In this document: positions 23,226 through 35,915 of the stretch, piece after piece
Layout: each line of letters begins with the position of its first letter
Position numbering within the stretch: the stretch's first letter is position 1
Assembly (NCBI GenBank): GCA_028534125.1
Contig: CM052817.1
Span: 108,068,001-108,132,000, forward strand
Direction of reading: 5' to 3'
DNA: 64,000 nt
Source of the DNA: Lama glama
Lineage: Eukaryota
Position numbers and translations under genes: made by a program
Notes under the pieces: model-generated
Database searches by the model: none
Seen by the model: only the letters and a program-made list of their open reading frames with translations
What the model was told of the DNA's origin: nothing

Positions 23226-26022
23226 GTTTAATTATTCAGGCTCTCACCAAATGTCTTCCTGTCAGATCGCAAACCTCTTGGCATCACAAGAAACAGAATC
23301 CTACATATCACTTTGGGCAGCCTATTAATGGGCAAGAAATTTATGGGAAGAAAGAGTTTCCTCTCTTCAAGAGAAGCAGATCTTTTATGACTCACAGATT
23401 CCAGTTAATTACTTTCTAAATTCAAATTCCTGTTTATATTGTGAAAGAAACAGATGGTGTGCTTTTAAGGGCCATCCGATACCTTTTATGATGAGGATGT
23501 GTGCATTAAATGACAAAAATTTGCAGAAATAAAAGGTCCTGGTAAAGAGTAAAATATTTTAAATGATACATTTGAAAAAAGTGTTTTGTTTTCCAAAATA
23601 TTGATTAAAGCAAAAGATTCCTTTCCTTATAAAATGCCAATACACAGAAATATATTGATGTTACAAAGTACTTGACATAGAACTTTATCTTAAATGGCTT
23701 TTATAGGCCAGGATTTACATAAGTGGATAAATTCATGCCCAATTTACATTTTTAATGCTTCTTAAAACTAATATGAGAAACGTCTACCTTTGGTACAGAC
23801 ATAGTCTTTCTCTTACATGCAAGTCCAACGAAATGCTTGTTCTTTTCCTTGAAGTAGAAAGTAAAATCCTAAACTTTGTCGACTTTCAACAAATGTTTTA
23901 ATATCAATTTATATTCAGCGACACAGGACACTTTGAATTTCACTTGTTTAAGGAACACCAGTCATTAGAGCACAGACTTTGAACAGAAACACCATTGATT
24001 GTCAGCTGAAAAATCTTTTCTCTCTAATCTTGGAAAAGGTGCTTATTTTCTCTCATTCACTGTTTCTTTGTAACCAAAATCGCTAACTCATATTTTTGAT
24101 TGGAAAAATACATAAAAGCAACCACTCATTTCCAGTCTACACATTTCCCTAGTGATGGTAATAAATGCTAATAACTCCCACGGTTATCAGCAGTGTCCTG
24201 TATTTTAGTGGCTAATTAGAATGATGTGTTTTCTAAAGTTAAATGCAAATAAATAAGAATATATATGATTATAAATGCATATTCCATTATCATATGTAAA
24301 TATGTAAATAAGAATTATATTTTATACATATATCCTTTTGAGGAGCAAATAGTCCCCTGTCATCAATATATTAAAATTTTATCACTACTTTTCATTTTAA
24401 AAATATAGGTTTTCCTATCACAGCATTTCCACAAGGCTTTCAGTTTTAATCATTTAGCATTTGAGCTTGGCAAATGATACCAAGTCAATTTAAAAGTATT
24501 GCTCATAAACTTCACAAGGCAGAATGAACTCTGTTTGGGAAATTAGAACTCAGATGCCTCTGGGAATAGTGGCTTGCCGAACCCAAAATTTAACTAGTGT
24601 TGTCAAACGCATGAACAAATCGTGTTTCCACTCTCAGTGAAAGACTGCAATTCTGAGCATGTCCAAGGGCAAATTTTCACAAAAGCATGGTGAAAACATT
24701 TCATGCTGGTTGAAAAATTAGCACATGATTTGAAGGAATGTTGGAAAATTATATCTCCCTATTTATGGTAATAGCAGTAGTATCACTCAGAACAAGCCAG
24801 TTAACAACATTTTCTTTATGTACCCTGAGGATTGTTTCCAAATGAAAAGATCTTTTGGGTAAAATACCTATGTCTAAGTTTTTTCCTCTCCTAGAGACAT
24901 GTTCTAGAGAATAAAGAAAAAAATCAAGTGAATGTCTATTATAGTTTGTTTAACAATAATTCTGACATTAGTTGTTACAATACATATACACAGATCATGC
25001 TTTGCTTTAAAAAATCGAAATAATGTTAACTTCCATCAAATAATTTTAGATGCTTGTTTTATTGGACATGTTCATCAGTTAAATTCAAGATATTATACCT
25101 GCAGAACATACTAAAATATTGTCAACTGTAAGTTTGCTCAAAGAATCATCAAGAAAGTAAAAAATGTATATAAGTAAAGATTTTAATGTGTTTTTCGAAA
25201 AAAGGTCCGTTTTTTCAAACTAACTTGATCTATTGTTTTAATAACATACAAACTACCTCATTATTGGAAAAAAATAATATTGGAGGTAAAGGTCTTTGGG
25301 TATTCGTGTGATTTTGATACCAAGGTTATTAAAATTGAATTGCAACTTTTGTAATGCTAAAGCAACATTTTCTAGCTAAGGCCCAAAAGATATACAGTTC
25401 TTCATCTATAAAGTAATTTTAGAAATTCATTTAATATTGCTGGCAGAGATTTTACTGGGACTCTTTGAAGAATGATATAATAACTGGGGTAAGATCTGCA
25501 TAAATGAAATTCATAACTACTCCATGTCCCACAGCTCTGAGTGGGTGAACACCCCAGATTCACCAGATTTCCAATGCAGCCTGTTACATTCCCTTCATTA
25601 AGCTGTAGTGTCTTCAATTCATCATCAGAATTACTGAATGTTAAGATTTAATAATAAATGCAGGCAACAAAATTGCCCACAGTTCACAGTGCACTGATAA
25701 AGCACTGTTGATTTTAACACTTGGAACAAACACAGAAGGGTCCAGCCTTCTCACGTTTTTGGAGACTTGGAGTCATTAACTTTATATCCTGTCAAAAAAG
25801 CATATGGCGGTTCCAGACATTTCTTGTACTTTTACTGCTTTAATGGAGAGAAGAGAGGAAGCCGAGAAAGGGTCAGAGAAGACAGAGCGTTGTTCTTCGT
25901 TTCATCTTGTCTTCAGATATAAAAATCTGAACATGATGGTGGTAACACAGAAGGATTAAATTGGTGGTAGTGGTCTATGTGAACGTTCTATTTGATTTAA
26001 CAAATTGGAAGGTTTTCCTTTT

Positions 26023-26160
26023 TTTTTTTAAACAAAGCTTAATTTTTATTTTATTTGCTTTATTTATTTTTTGGTGGGGAGAGGAGTAATTAGGGGGTTG
26101 AACCCAGGACCTCCTGCATGCTAAGCATGTGCTCTACCACTTGAGCTAGACCCTCCCCCA
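26023..26160 (-). mobile_element. tRNA-Ala-derived SINE (vic-1-like), internally deleted, with TSD
   Basis: GGGTTGAACCCAGGACCTCCTGCATGCTAAGCATGTGCTCTACCAC; TSD GAAGGTTTTCCTTTT (26008-26022) / GAAGGTTTTACTTTT (26161-26175). Confidence 0.88.
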
Positions 26161-26671
26161 GAAGGTTTTACTTTTGATGTACATCATCCCAATAAGTTCA
26201 TTGTCAGTGACTCAGTGTGAGAACAGAAAATGCTTAGTAAATGGAGTATAATTTGCACCAGAAATTGAGACCGTTTTCCATATAATTTCAAGGCCAAGTC
26301 TACCAAACGCACCTTTAGGAATCTCACTGATGCAGGTTAGAACCACCCACAACGGGAAGGGATATAAAAGGAGATTTTAAAAATATCCCAATGTCTAAAT
26401 TCCACTTCAATCAAGCCAGGTTGTTGAAAGTCAGTCCTAGGTCTCAGTTATATACATTTTTTAAAATCCCAAGTAATTCTTAAGTGCAGTAAGAATAAAT
26501 AAAACCTTGATTATTGGATAAACATCTGAGGCAAACTTGATTCAGTCTGTAGACAAGATTGGAAACCAAAGGGTTATGGTCAGGTTTTACTGCATGAGAG
26601 TAGCTTTACTAGAAATTCTGAAAAGAAAACAATCAACTTATTTTACCAATATAATGTCTCACCAGTGAAAG

Positions 26672-26771
26672 ATTTGCATATTATGGCAAGTGGAAAAACA
26701 ACAGATTGTTAGGATAAATACAGCAAAAACAAAGAAGGAAAGTTTTACTTTCACTTTCCGTATTTGAGTCA
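26672..26771. promoter_or_regulatory. Octamer + IRF/ISRE + AP-1 motif cluster
   Basis: ATTTGCAT 26672-26679; ACTTTCACTTTCC 26747-26759 (rc GGAAAGTGAAAGT); TGAGTCA 26765-26771. Confidence 0.35.
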
Positions 26772-27239
26772 CCCAGACACTTCGTCGCATTTGCAGATTT
26801 GGGCTGTCGTGGAATTAATTTGCTCACAGGATCTGGAATAATAAATCCTTATACAATTGTGGCTCTAAAATCAGATTTGTGTGGCCCTGTGTTCATTTTT
26901 TCTTTTTCTTCTTTTCTTTCTCTCCTTTAGAAAGAAATGGCTGATTCTAAAAAATTGGCCATAATAAGAACGATTTAATGGAAAGAGCAAACCCACATGG
27001 GTTAAAGGTCTGTCATATTCTAGGCACAGATATTATGCTACAAGTGTCATATTAAGCCACAAAGAATGTCTATAATTGGTATGATTTCGTATGTGAGATA
27101 AAACATCACTTTAACATTCTCTTGGGAGGAAAGTGAAAAGCCTTATGAAATAGGGGTTAAAAATTCTTTTGCCAGCAGGACAAAACCCATTGATGCTGGG
27201 CAGATGGAAGGCAGGACCTTTGGTCACTACTGAAAGCTC

Positions 27240-27600
27240 CCAATGAGGGAAAGTAATCACACAGGCCACACAGAGGGTTACACCCAGAAGCAGGTAACGC
27301 AAGCTGGAGGCAGGGTGGGGTTAGCTCAGTTTCAAGGAGTCTCTGTGGATTGGCCAGTTTGATTAGTTTCTTGGGGCTCCGAGGCTTGTCCAGTACGTGG
27401 CCCTGGAGAACGGGCCCCCCAGCAGGGAGGAGGCCGAGGTGGATGCAAGAGGCAGTCTGGCAAGGGGAGGAAGTGGCGGAGGGCTTAGCAAGCTGCTTGC
27501 GAAGGGGACTTGAGTTTCTAGCCCTGAGCTCAAAACTTGGGCGAGAGAGCACTTATGAAATATTACATTAAAGTTGACCTTCTGGTGTCTTGACATCCAC
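27240..27600. mobile_element. Probable old LTR fragment
   Basis: GAGTCTCTGTGGATTGGCCAGTTTGATTAGTTTC...GGCCCTGG...CTAGCCCTG resembles ancient LTR sequence; family not determined. Confidence 0.35.
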
Positions 27601-28909
27601 CTGGAGCTCTGTTGTGCAAGGTATTTGAGTGGCCTGAATAGTAGAAGAGGGTCCCAGATAGTGAGGCGTGTGTTGCCCTAAACGGTGCAGAAAATGTTTC
27701 GTTATGACAGCAGAAATGAGGAAACCAAAGGAAAGCATGAAGGGTCCCTGGAGGCTGGCCCACAGCAGGCCCCCATTTGTTTAGTGTTGACCTGGAGGAT
27801 AAATCGGTCAGAGCAGGGACCGCCAGTCAAATCTGGATGAATTATGGAAGGTACTAAACTTGTGGGTTATATTTGTTAATGATGACACTGCAAAAACCTT
27901 CCTGATTCGATCAATTAATCGAGTGCCGATGTATTGTCAAGAATCATTTTTGTCAGGCTCTCCGGCCTTGATTGAGCACATCTGATATTCATTGTACTTT
28001 GGGCATTTGTGGATTAGCATCAGTGATTTTTGATTCTGAGATTAGAGTGAAGTCCCTGGGGCAGTTCCAACAATCCTAGCTTGGAGGGAGTCCCAGTATT
28101 ACAGGTGTGATTGAAACGGGTCAGTGACGTTTGTCTGGGGGGAGGGGGGCAGTGATCAACATTTATATGAATGGGAAGGTCTAGAGGGTTTGCGGCTTGG
28201 AAATAACGGGAGGCAAAGCAGAGGAGGTGAGAATAATCTTTAGATTGGAAGCCTGTACCTGGCTGGAGGTAAGCGGGAATTCCTGGAGGAAGGTCCGGTG
28301 TGGTTGGCGGTGTGGTGAGGATGTGGGGTCCCCGTCAGTCGCTCCGCGCTGTGTAACAAGGGAACAGAAGTACCCTGGCTGTGGGCCGTGAGCCGATGCC
28401 CCAGACGCAGTGGGGGCATACGACCTACTGCACTGAGATTACAGTCCATGGAGAGGACACATGTGTTTAAAATAAAAGCATTAACATAAGTGAACAGAAG
28501 TGCCCCAGTGACACAAGGTTCTGCCCAAGTGCATGACGTCTGACAACCCATGAGAAGGGCTCTGACTTGCATCCAGGCTATCAACAAAATCAAGAAACAT
28601 TTGTGTTGATAACTAAACATCGCAAACGAAGAGGTGGAGAGGGAGAAACTGAGTCTTCCAAACAGAGGGAACCAGGGCCTGCCGCCTGTGTTGGCAAGGC
28701 CAGTGGGAGGGACCAAAACAGCTGCCCTGCAGAGACCGGAAGGGAGTGAACCCAGGAATGGGGTCAGATCCAGACCACGATCTAAAGGTTTACCCCAGAT
28801 TCAGTCTGAAATCATTGCAGTATTTTTTTTCTTTTCTTTTTCTTTTTTAAGTATAGTCAGTTTCCAATGGGTCAATTTCTGGTGCACAGTTTGTGGTATT
28901 TTAAATAAA

Positions 28910-29295
28910 GGAGGTGACGTTATCAGACTCATGTTTTAAAAAGATCCTCGTGACTGCAGTGTAGGAAATAGATGTCAAGGGTCTAGAGAGAGAGAGAAGC
29001 TACACAGTGTCACTGTTGCAGTTCAGGAGAGGGCTGCTGTGGTCCTCGCACCGGCGTGGTGGACGTGAAGACTGGAGAAGAGGCAGGTGTCTGTCAGGAG
29101 GTAGAGTCAGAGGGTCCTGATGGTGGGTGAGACCCGGGCTCGGCAGAGGAGGAGTCTCAGAGGTCACTCCCGGATGTCTCACTGGGGAAGCAGTTTCAGT
29201 GGTGCTGTGGTTTCCTGAGAGCTGGGACCATGGAAGAGGACGAGTTTGGGTGAGGAGATTAGAAATGTCCTTTAGTGATGAACTTGAGGTACCTT
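28910..29295 (-). mobile_element. L2 fragment
   Basis: GTTTTAAAAAGATCCTCGTGACTGCAGTGTAGGAAATAGA...GAGGAGGAGTCTCAGAGGTCACTCC...TTGAGGTACC is the typical purine-rich L2 strand. Confidence 0.65.
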
Positions 29296-30740
29296 AAGGT
29301 TCTCCTCTCTCTGTTGTATCTTGGTGGCAAACGTGCTTTTGAAAATATTTAAACGAAAGCCTGGATATTCTCGGCTCTACTTACGCTTGAAGGAGATGTG
29401 TGTCAACAGAGGCAAACAAAAGTCCAGGAGACTCATAGTTAATGATTGTGCTTACAATTTTTTAAAAAATGAAGAATTCCATGAAGACTTTTAAAAGGAC
29501 AAATGATAGCAAACTTAAAAAAAATAAAAAAGAAAGTTTTGTGCCTTGTCCCTGTGACCTGCCAGGCCCCCTCACTCTTTCCTACTGTCCCACTTCATCT
29601 CTCTACCTGCCTCACTCTTTATGTTTCATAGAAATTAATTACTTGCAATTTCCTGCAATGCACTATATGACTTCTTCTCTGGGCACTATTTTTTTTTCCG
29701 TTTTGATGATGCCGTTCCTAACCCCAACTTTACTGCATTGTTCCCTTGTGTGCTGTGAGACTGCACACGGACAGATACTTGTGGGTCTGAGTTAGCACCT
29801 TCTCCATCTCTCCTCACCCTTTCACCACACTGCACTCAGTACATCGTGTGTAATCATCCGTGTCTACTTTTGTCGGCTTCCTGGCTTTGTGGGTCCCTTG
29901 CGTCGAACTCAGGTTCATGGCCTCCATATTGAGCCAATAGCTGTGATCCAGTTGCTAGTTCTCACATTCTTCAAGTGGAATCTCTAAAAGAACATTCCTC
30001 TCCACTGCCTCATTTTGAAGCCACCGAAGGGCAAAACGAAGATAAAGGCTGAGACCCAAATATTACATTTGTTACTGGTAAAGTCCAAGTTGTTGGGTGC
30101 TTAGTTATGCAGGTAGATGGACCTCCAGGGGTCAGACTCCTAAATTAGACAGACACACCCACTCGGTCCCAGGAAACACGGGATGGGGCACATCAATGTT
30201 GTGAAAGAGGTGTGATACCAGCCTGCCTTACACCAGTGGAACTTCGCATACTGAATGAGAAGCCTATGGAAGACTGTGTAAGAAGCGTGTCATTAACAGG
30301 GCTCAGTGATTTTCGTGCTGTGTCATCGAAAGCAAATCAGTGACACCTGCCTTGGGGAAAAGTGAAAACTGGCAGGGGGGAGGGGTACAAGATGCCGGGA
30401 GAAGAATGATTTGAGGGCACTAACCACCATTTCACTCCAATAGGTACTATTAATTTAAAATGTGTATTAATACATTAAATATCAATTTACTAAAATAACT
30501 TTCATTCACTATGTAAATTGAATTTCTTCAGTGATCACTCATGCATAGCAAATGCAACCTTCCAGCAGACTTATGCTTAGAACAATTATTCTGTTTTAAG
30601 CTTCATGGTTTCATTTTGTGCCCCTCCCCTGCCGCCCCAACTCCCAACAAATGTATTTGCTTCCGTGGACCAAGAAGGAGTTCCATTAACACTAAATTAG
30701 TTACAAAAGACTAAAATCAGGAACCAGAGCAAACTTAATA

Positions 30741-30753
30741 GTTGCCTAGCAAC
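30741..30753. promoter_or_regulatory. RFX X-box motif
   Basis: GTTGCCTAGCAAC, a near-palindromic 13-bp RFX consensus in unique sequence. Confidence 0.4.
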
Positions 30754-31827
30754 AACCCAGTACACTGAAGTTTAATTTTGGATCGGTTAACCCTGAGTGA
30801 AACTCAGAATTAATTTTTCATGTGGCAATATCTTAGAAAGGTCGCCAGTCTGTATCTGAAATGTTTTTCCCTTCCCTGGTTATTGAATCTTTCTTAATTT
30901 CTCTCAAGCATCAAATTGTTATTTTTATATTGCTTAGTTAGACAGAGTGAAATTTTTATTTTAGATTGGAATTGACCAGAGCACTTGAGTCAAATCAGTC
31001 AATTGTGAAGAAAATATTGTAAAAAATGACATTTTTCTATTGCAGTATCTTACAGCTGGAGGAGATGTTAAAAAAGAGTTCACAGAGGGCTATTTTTACA
31101 TTATTCCCAGAACTGCCAGAAGTTTCACACCCTACGTGGACTTCAGTCCTGAAAACCTCTCTTCACTCTTGAAGACAAGAAAAAGATGGCTCAGAAAAGC
31201 ATATGAAGTTAGAGACATTAGTCCAAACCTCCTATTGACTGTCAAAACTATACCTATGACAACACAGTTCTAAAAGTTTTGAATGATGGTGACAAAAAAA
31301 GTTTCTACTTTCTAAGCTACTGATGTCAAAATACAAAAGTGAGATAAATTACACCATATTAAACTTGTGACTAGTTTAATTTTTATACAAGTGATAGTCT
31401 ATAATAAAATTACTAAGGCATTTGTAAGATGGAATTAGAAAACCTTTAAAATGTGTTTAGATATGAATTCATGTGCCAGTACTCATTGCAAAGGACTCCT
31501 GTTTATATACGTATGTGTATTAAATAAGGATGAATAGCATTTTGAAGCACTTAAACATACATTATTAGTGAGATTCCACTAAAAAGAGCTTGCAGTAGCT
31601 GAGTGATTTGTGTGAATGTGATTTCTAGGTCTGGGTCTGGGTTTTCAAAGTGAAAAGGCTTTTAATTTTTAAATAAAGTATGTAAAGTATTATATGGAAG
31701 CCCTAGGGGAAAAAATGAGGAACTCACTGCCACATCAAATAATACCACGCCACAAATAACTGGATCCCTGGTTAAAACATCGTCAAGATTAGAAAGAACA
31801 CTATTGCAGGATTTGATCACAGAGCCA

Positions 31828-31953
31828 AGAAAGAAAAAGAAAGGAAGGAGGAAAGAAAAGAAGAAAGGAAGAAAGGAAGGAAAGAAAAGGGAAGGGAGAA
31901 AGAAAGAAAGAGAGAAAGAAAGAGAGAAAGAAAGAGAGAAAGAAAGAGAGAAA

Positions 31954-32039
<86 letters not shown>

Positions 32040-32102
32040 GAAAGAAAGAAAGGAAGGAAGGAAAGAAGGAAGGAAGGAAGGAAAGAAGGAAGGAAGGAAG
32101 GA
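31828..32102. repeat. Compound purine simple repeat: (GAAA)n, (GGAA)n, (AGAGAGAAAGAA)n
   Basis: About 275 bp of A/G only. Confidence 0.95.
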
Positions 32103-32259
32103 GAATGTAGTGTATTCTTTTGTAATTCAGTTAAAGTCATTTGTTACATCTGAATTCCATGTTGGATTTCCCCCATATTCTGTTGATTGCTATTGTCTCT
32201 TTACTTTAAGTAGGTGGGCCATTCGCCATGGGTTAGTGGCAGAACTATACAGAGCGGTG

Positions 32260-32770
32260 CATACAGAGAACAGATACCTGCATCCCTGTAACTCCACCCT
32301 CATCTCTGTCCTTACTCCTCTCCATCCCGTAAGCCATCTCAGTAGTGTCTGATTTATCTTTCTGCATTTCTTTTGTGCAAATGGCCAGATCCATGTCTAC
32401 TTCCTTTTATCCCTTTCTTACATAAAGGACAGCATACTAGAAATAATTTTGGCACTTTTTGTCCCACCCAACAATATATCCTGGAGCTCACCCCCTATCA
32501 GGGCTTGGACAGTTTCCTCATCCTTTACACAGCTGCATATTACTTCATGGCATTGATGAAATGTAGGTGATTCAACTGCTCTCCCATGGATAACCATTTG
32601 GGTTTTTTCTAATATTTTGCAATTGCACACAATGTTAGAATGAATACCCTTTGCTCTCCATATACATTTTCTTTTTTTTGGAGTTGCATCTTCACAGTGG
32701 ATACTTAGAAGTGACATTGGTCCATCAAAAGCTGTGCTTAAATATAAATTTCCAGAAAGCTCCATGCTCC
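32260..32770 (-). mobile_element. Old L1ME-type 3' region
   Basis: ATGGATAACCATTTGGGTTTTTTCTAATATTTTGCAATTGCACACAATG...GATACTTAGAAGTG. Confidence 0.55.
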
Positions 32771-33024
32771 ATTTCCGAGTCAGGTATCCATTTTTAAGGT
32801 CTTGGACACTGACTAACAAATATCACCCTTTCTGAAAGTTGTATGTGGCTGGGCACGATGTTGGATCAATGAAATGGAGAGAATACAGACTAGAGGAAGT
32901 CTCTGGAGGAATTCTGAAGTTACTAAAAGATTGCAGGATTGAATTGGGTAGAAATGGGAATACAGAAGAGGAGACTAAAACAAGAGAGGGTTTTTTTTGG
33001 TTTGTTTTTTAACAGAATCAAGTA

Positions 33025-33199
33025 CAGTCAATCTTCCATATTGGCAGATTCTGCAAACACCAATACGGAGGATCCACTGCACACAACAATTTATAAAAGG
33101 GACTTGTGCACCTGTGGATTTTGGCATTGAGTGGGTCCTGGCACCAGGCCCCAACCTGCGCTTCCCCCCACCCCTGCCTCAGATACCAAGAAGCCACTG
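33025..33199 (-). mobile_element. Tigger/MER2-family MITE
   Basis: TA|CAGTC...CACTG|TA termini with a TA duplication; internal TATAAAAGGGACTTGTGCACCTGTGGATTTTGG...GGTCCTGG. Confidence 0.75.
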
Positions 33200-34088
33200 T
33201 AACGGCATTAACACACTTGCAAAGTTTAGAAGATTATAGATAAGTGCTTCCTGGTTCTCACATTAGCTGAGCTCATTAATTCACTAAACAACAGAGAGAA
33301 GAAGGGAGGATGAGAGACCAACATAGAGACAGACAGACAGGGAAGTCACTTTTGATTTGATGTTTAATCCAGTCTAATGGTTAGTCATTTCACTTTATTG
33401 TGCTGGGGCAACAAGGTTTTCTTCTTCCTGATATTGATTATTAAATATATGAAAAAATACATTTATATTTTCAAAATACTGAGATACCAAGTTGTGACTT
33501 TGAGTATATTAAAATACTCTTCTGAACTGAAGTGAAAGTTTTAGGAGGTAAAATGGAATTAAAAATACATTTTTAGCCAGAATACCATACTTTGATGAAC
33601 ATTTTAAATTAAAAAACTGTTTCCTAAGTTTGCTGGTGAGTTTAATGAACTTCACACATAGACACATATTATTTTCACACCACTGAATGGAACCCAATAT
33701 CCCAAAGCTAAAGGCTGGGTTTTAAAATTGGAATTGGATTAAATCAAGTTATGTACTCTCAAAATATCTTCCTTAATAAGATACGTTTGAATCTTCGTTC
33801 TTCTGTAATACACCAGTCTTTCTACGAAGAAGGGCATTTGTAATTATCATTTCTGTTTTCACTACAAGCTGATGATTTTATCCCCATAAAGGAATGAAGG
33901 AGGAAGAAGCTTCATTCAAATATAAAATTGCCTAAACTAGAATTTTTTAATGAACCGAGGGCTCCATCAATCTCTGGTAATCATTAAAGGAGTCATTGTT
34001 TTTTTTCGGTTGGCACATCTTCTTTAAAATTCCCTTAAGTATAAAAATTTACGTGCAGAAGGAAATTAGTAGCTAGATAGCAAACGTA

Positions 34089-34200
34089 GGGGAGGGTGGA
34101 GCTCAGTGGTCGGGCGCGTGATTAGCATGCATGAGGTCCTGGGTTCAGTACCAGCACCTCTATTAAGATAAATAAAATTAAATTAAAAATAAATAATAAT
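34089..34200 (+). mobile_element. tRNA-Ala-derived SINE (vic-1-like)
   Basis: GGGGAGGGTGGAGCTCAGTGGTCGGGCGCGTGATTAGCATGCATGAGGTCCTGGGTTCAGTACCAGCACCTC plus A-rich tail. Confidence 0.88.
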
Positions 34201-34523
34201 TTGGCTTCGTAGCTGTATCCCTTTGCTTAACACATTTCCCCCTTCTGTTAAATAAAAATTATTTTAATAAGATTTTATTCTTGACAAGAAAAATTTGCAA
34301 ATAATTCTGAAAAACACACCATACTCCAAAAACTATTCCTGAACGCCCAGCCACCTCCATCCAGGCCAGAGTTACTGTCTGCACATGGTCTTAATGCTTC
34401 TCTGAAAACTCAGTCTATTTCCTCACTGACACTATCAGAGTTAAAAAAAAATACACACACACACACAAACACACACTTCCTTATTAAGGAAGATATTTTG
34501 AGAGTATGTGTGTGTGTAAGGAT

Positions 34524-34635
34524 GGGGAGGCTATGGCGCAGGGGTAGAGTGTGTGTTTACCATATATGAGTCCTTGGTTCAATCCTCAGTGCCTCCGTTC
34601 AAGTAAGTAAATAAACCTAATTACCCTCAAAAAAA
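34524..34635 (+). mobile_element. Diverged tRNA-Ala-derived SINE (vic-1-like)
   Basis: GGGGAGGCTATGGCGCAGGGGTAGAGTGTGTG...GGTTCAATCCTCAGTGCCTCC...AAATAAACCTAATTACC. Confidence 0.8.
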
Positions 34636-35689
34636 TTTTTTTAAATAGCCAGCAAATAGCAACAAAACAAAAATAATGATGATTATAAGGTTCTCATTCC
34701 TAGACTGTACAATCAAAAAGAGTTGAATATCATAAACTTTGGGAGAGAGACTGCTAGGTGAGACTGTTCTTAGAGTCCCGCCCCCCCAGGTCTGCAGCTG
34801 TCCCGTAACGGAAGACCCACAGCCCAGGCCAGTAACACCAGCAGAGAAATTCTAAAGACCCTCTATATGGCAGATCAGGAACAGGGAGAGAATCTTGCTT
34901 CTTTTGCTACGTGACGATGTTCTCTGAAATTCTATCATGTACTGAAGAAGAATAAATTTACTTCTAGTCTTCATCAAATCACATTTTATGTTGACTCTGT
35001 CTCTTTCGCAGTCTTCTAGAAAATCTTTCACAGTCTTTTTAATGGCAAAAGTATTGCGTCTGAGGACGAATTTCCTCTCCAGACTTTATTCCGATTTGGG
35101 GAGGTGTTATGTCAATGCCAATTTACCTTCCACATTTTTGGTGGACACAATATGTGAGCACTTGAATTGAGGGAAATACTAAATTAGCACAATACAAATA
35201 AAGGTAAGTGTAAATTTAGAGAAACAGAATAATTGCATGAAAAAGTGAGTGGCACTAATTTTTTAATTTCAAAACTTCTATATTTATATTGTTCTGTTTT
35301 TAAATGTTCTTTTTTCCCGTCTGCCTTGGTAGACACGGGAGAACACTGGACGTTTTCCATCAGGATAGTGTCTTTTGGGGCTATATATAAGGCAGTTCAT
35401 TAGCTCTCTCTATATGGACTGGAGTATTATTTAATGAGATTTTTATTCATGAAAAGTTTGTTCAGTGCTTAAAATGACTTGTATAATTTGATCTTTACAA
35501 AAATCTCGTAAGATAATTCACTTTTTCTAGGATAGTAATTATAATTTTTTATGTTAACTACATGCTATGCAGCAATTCAACATGAAGACATTAAAATACT
35601 GCTATTTCTTCCAATCCTCACAGCTCACAGAAAAAGATGTGCATAATCGATTTCAGAAAGAGAGATAATAATATTATAATATCAATAAT

Positions 35690-35915
35690 GTGGTTTATTT
35701 ACAGTTAAGGCACATAGGCACTGTACTAAGCTCTTTATGCACGTTGCCTCATTTATTTCTTATACCCACCCTATAAATTAAGTTAAAATATTATTCCATT
35801 AAAGAAAAGTAAGCAGTTTTAAATAGGGAAAAACTGCATAACTTTACTCAAGGTCTTACAGCTAATAAGTGATAGGGCCAGCATTCAAAGTCAGGTCTGC
35901 ATGACTCCAAAAGTG
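35690..35915 (-). mobile_element. MIR
   Basis: AGGCACTGTACTAAGCTCTTTA...CTCATTTA...CAAGGTCTTACAGCTAATAAGTG...ATTCAAAGTCAGGTCTG..TGACTCCAAA. Confidence 0.7.

Noticed and set aside
27157..27596. Overlapping GC-rich ORFs
   Set aside because: They lie in LTR-like sequence and show no recognisable homology.
31804..32352. K/E/R-rich 182-aa ORF and its F/L/S-rich antisense counterpart
   Set aside because: Translation of the (GAAA)n simple repeat.
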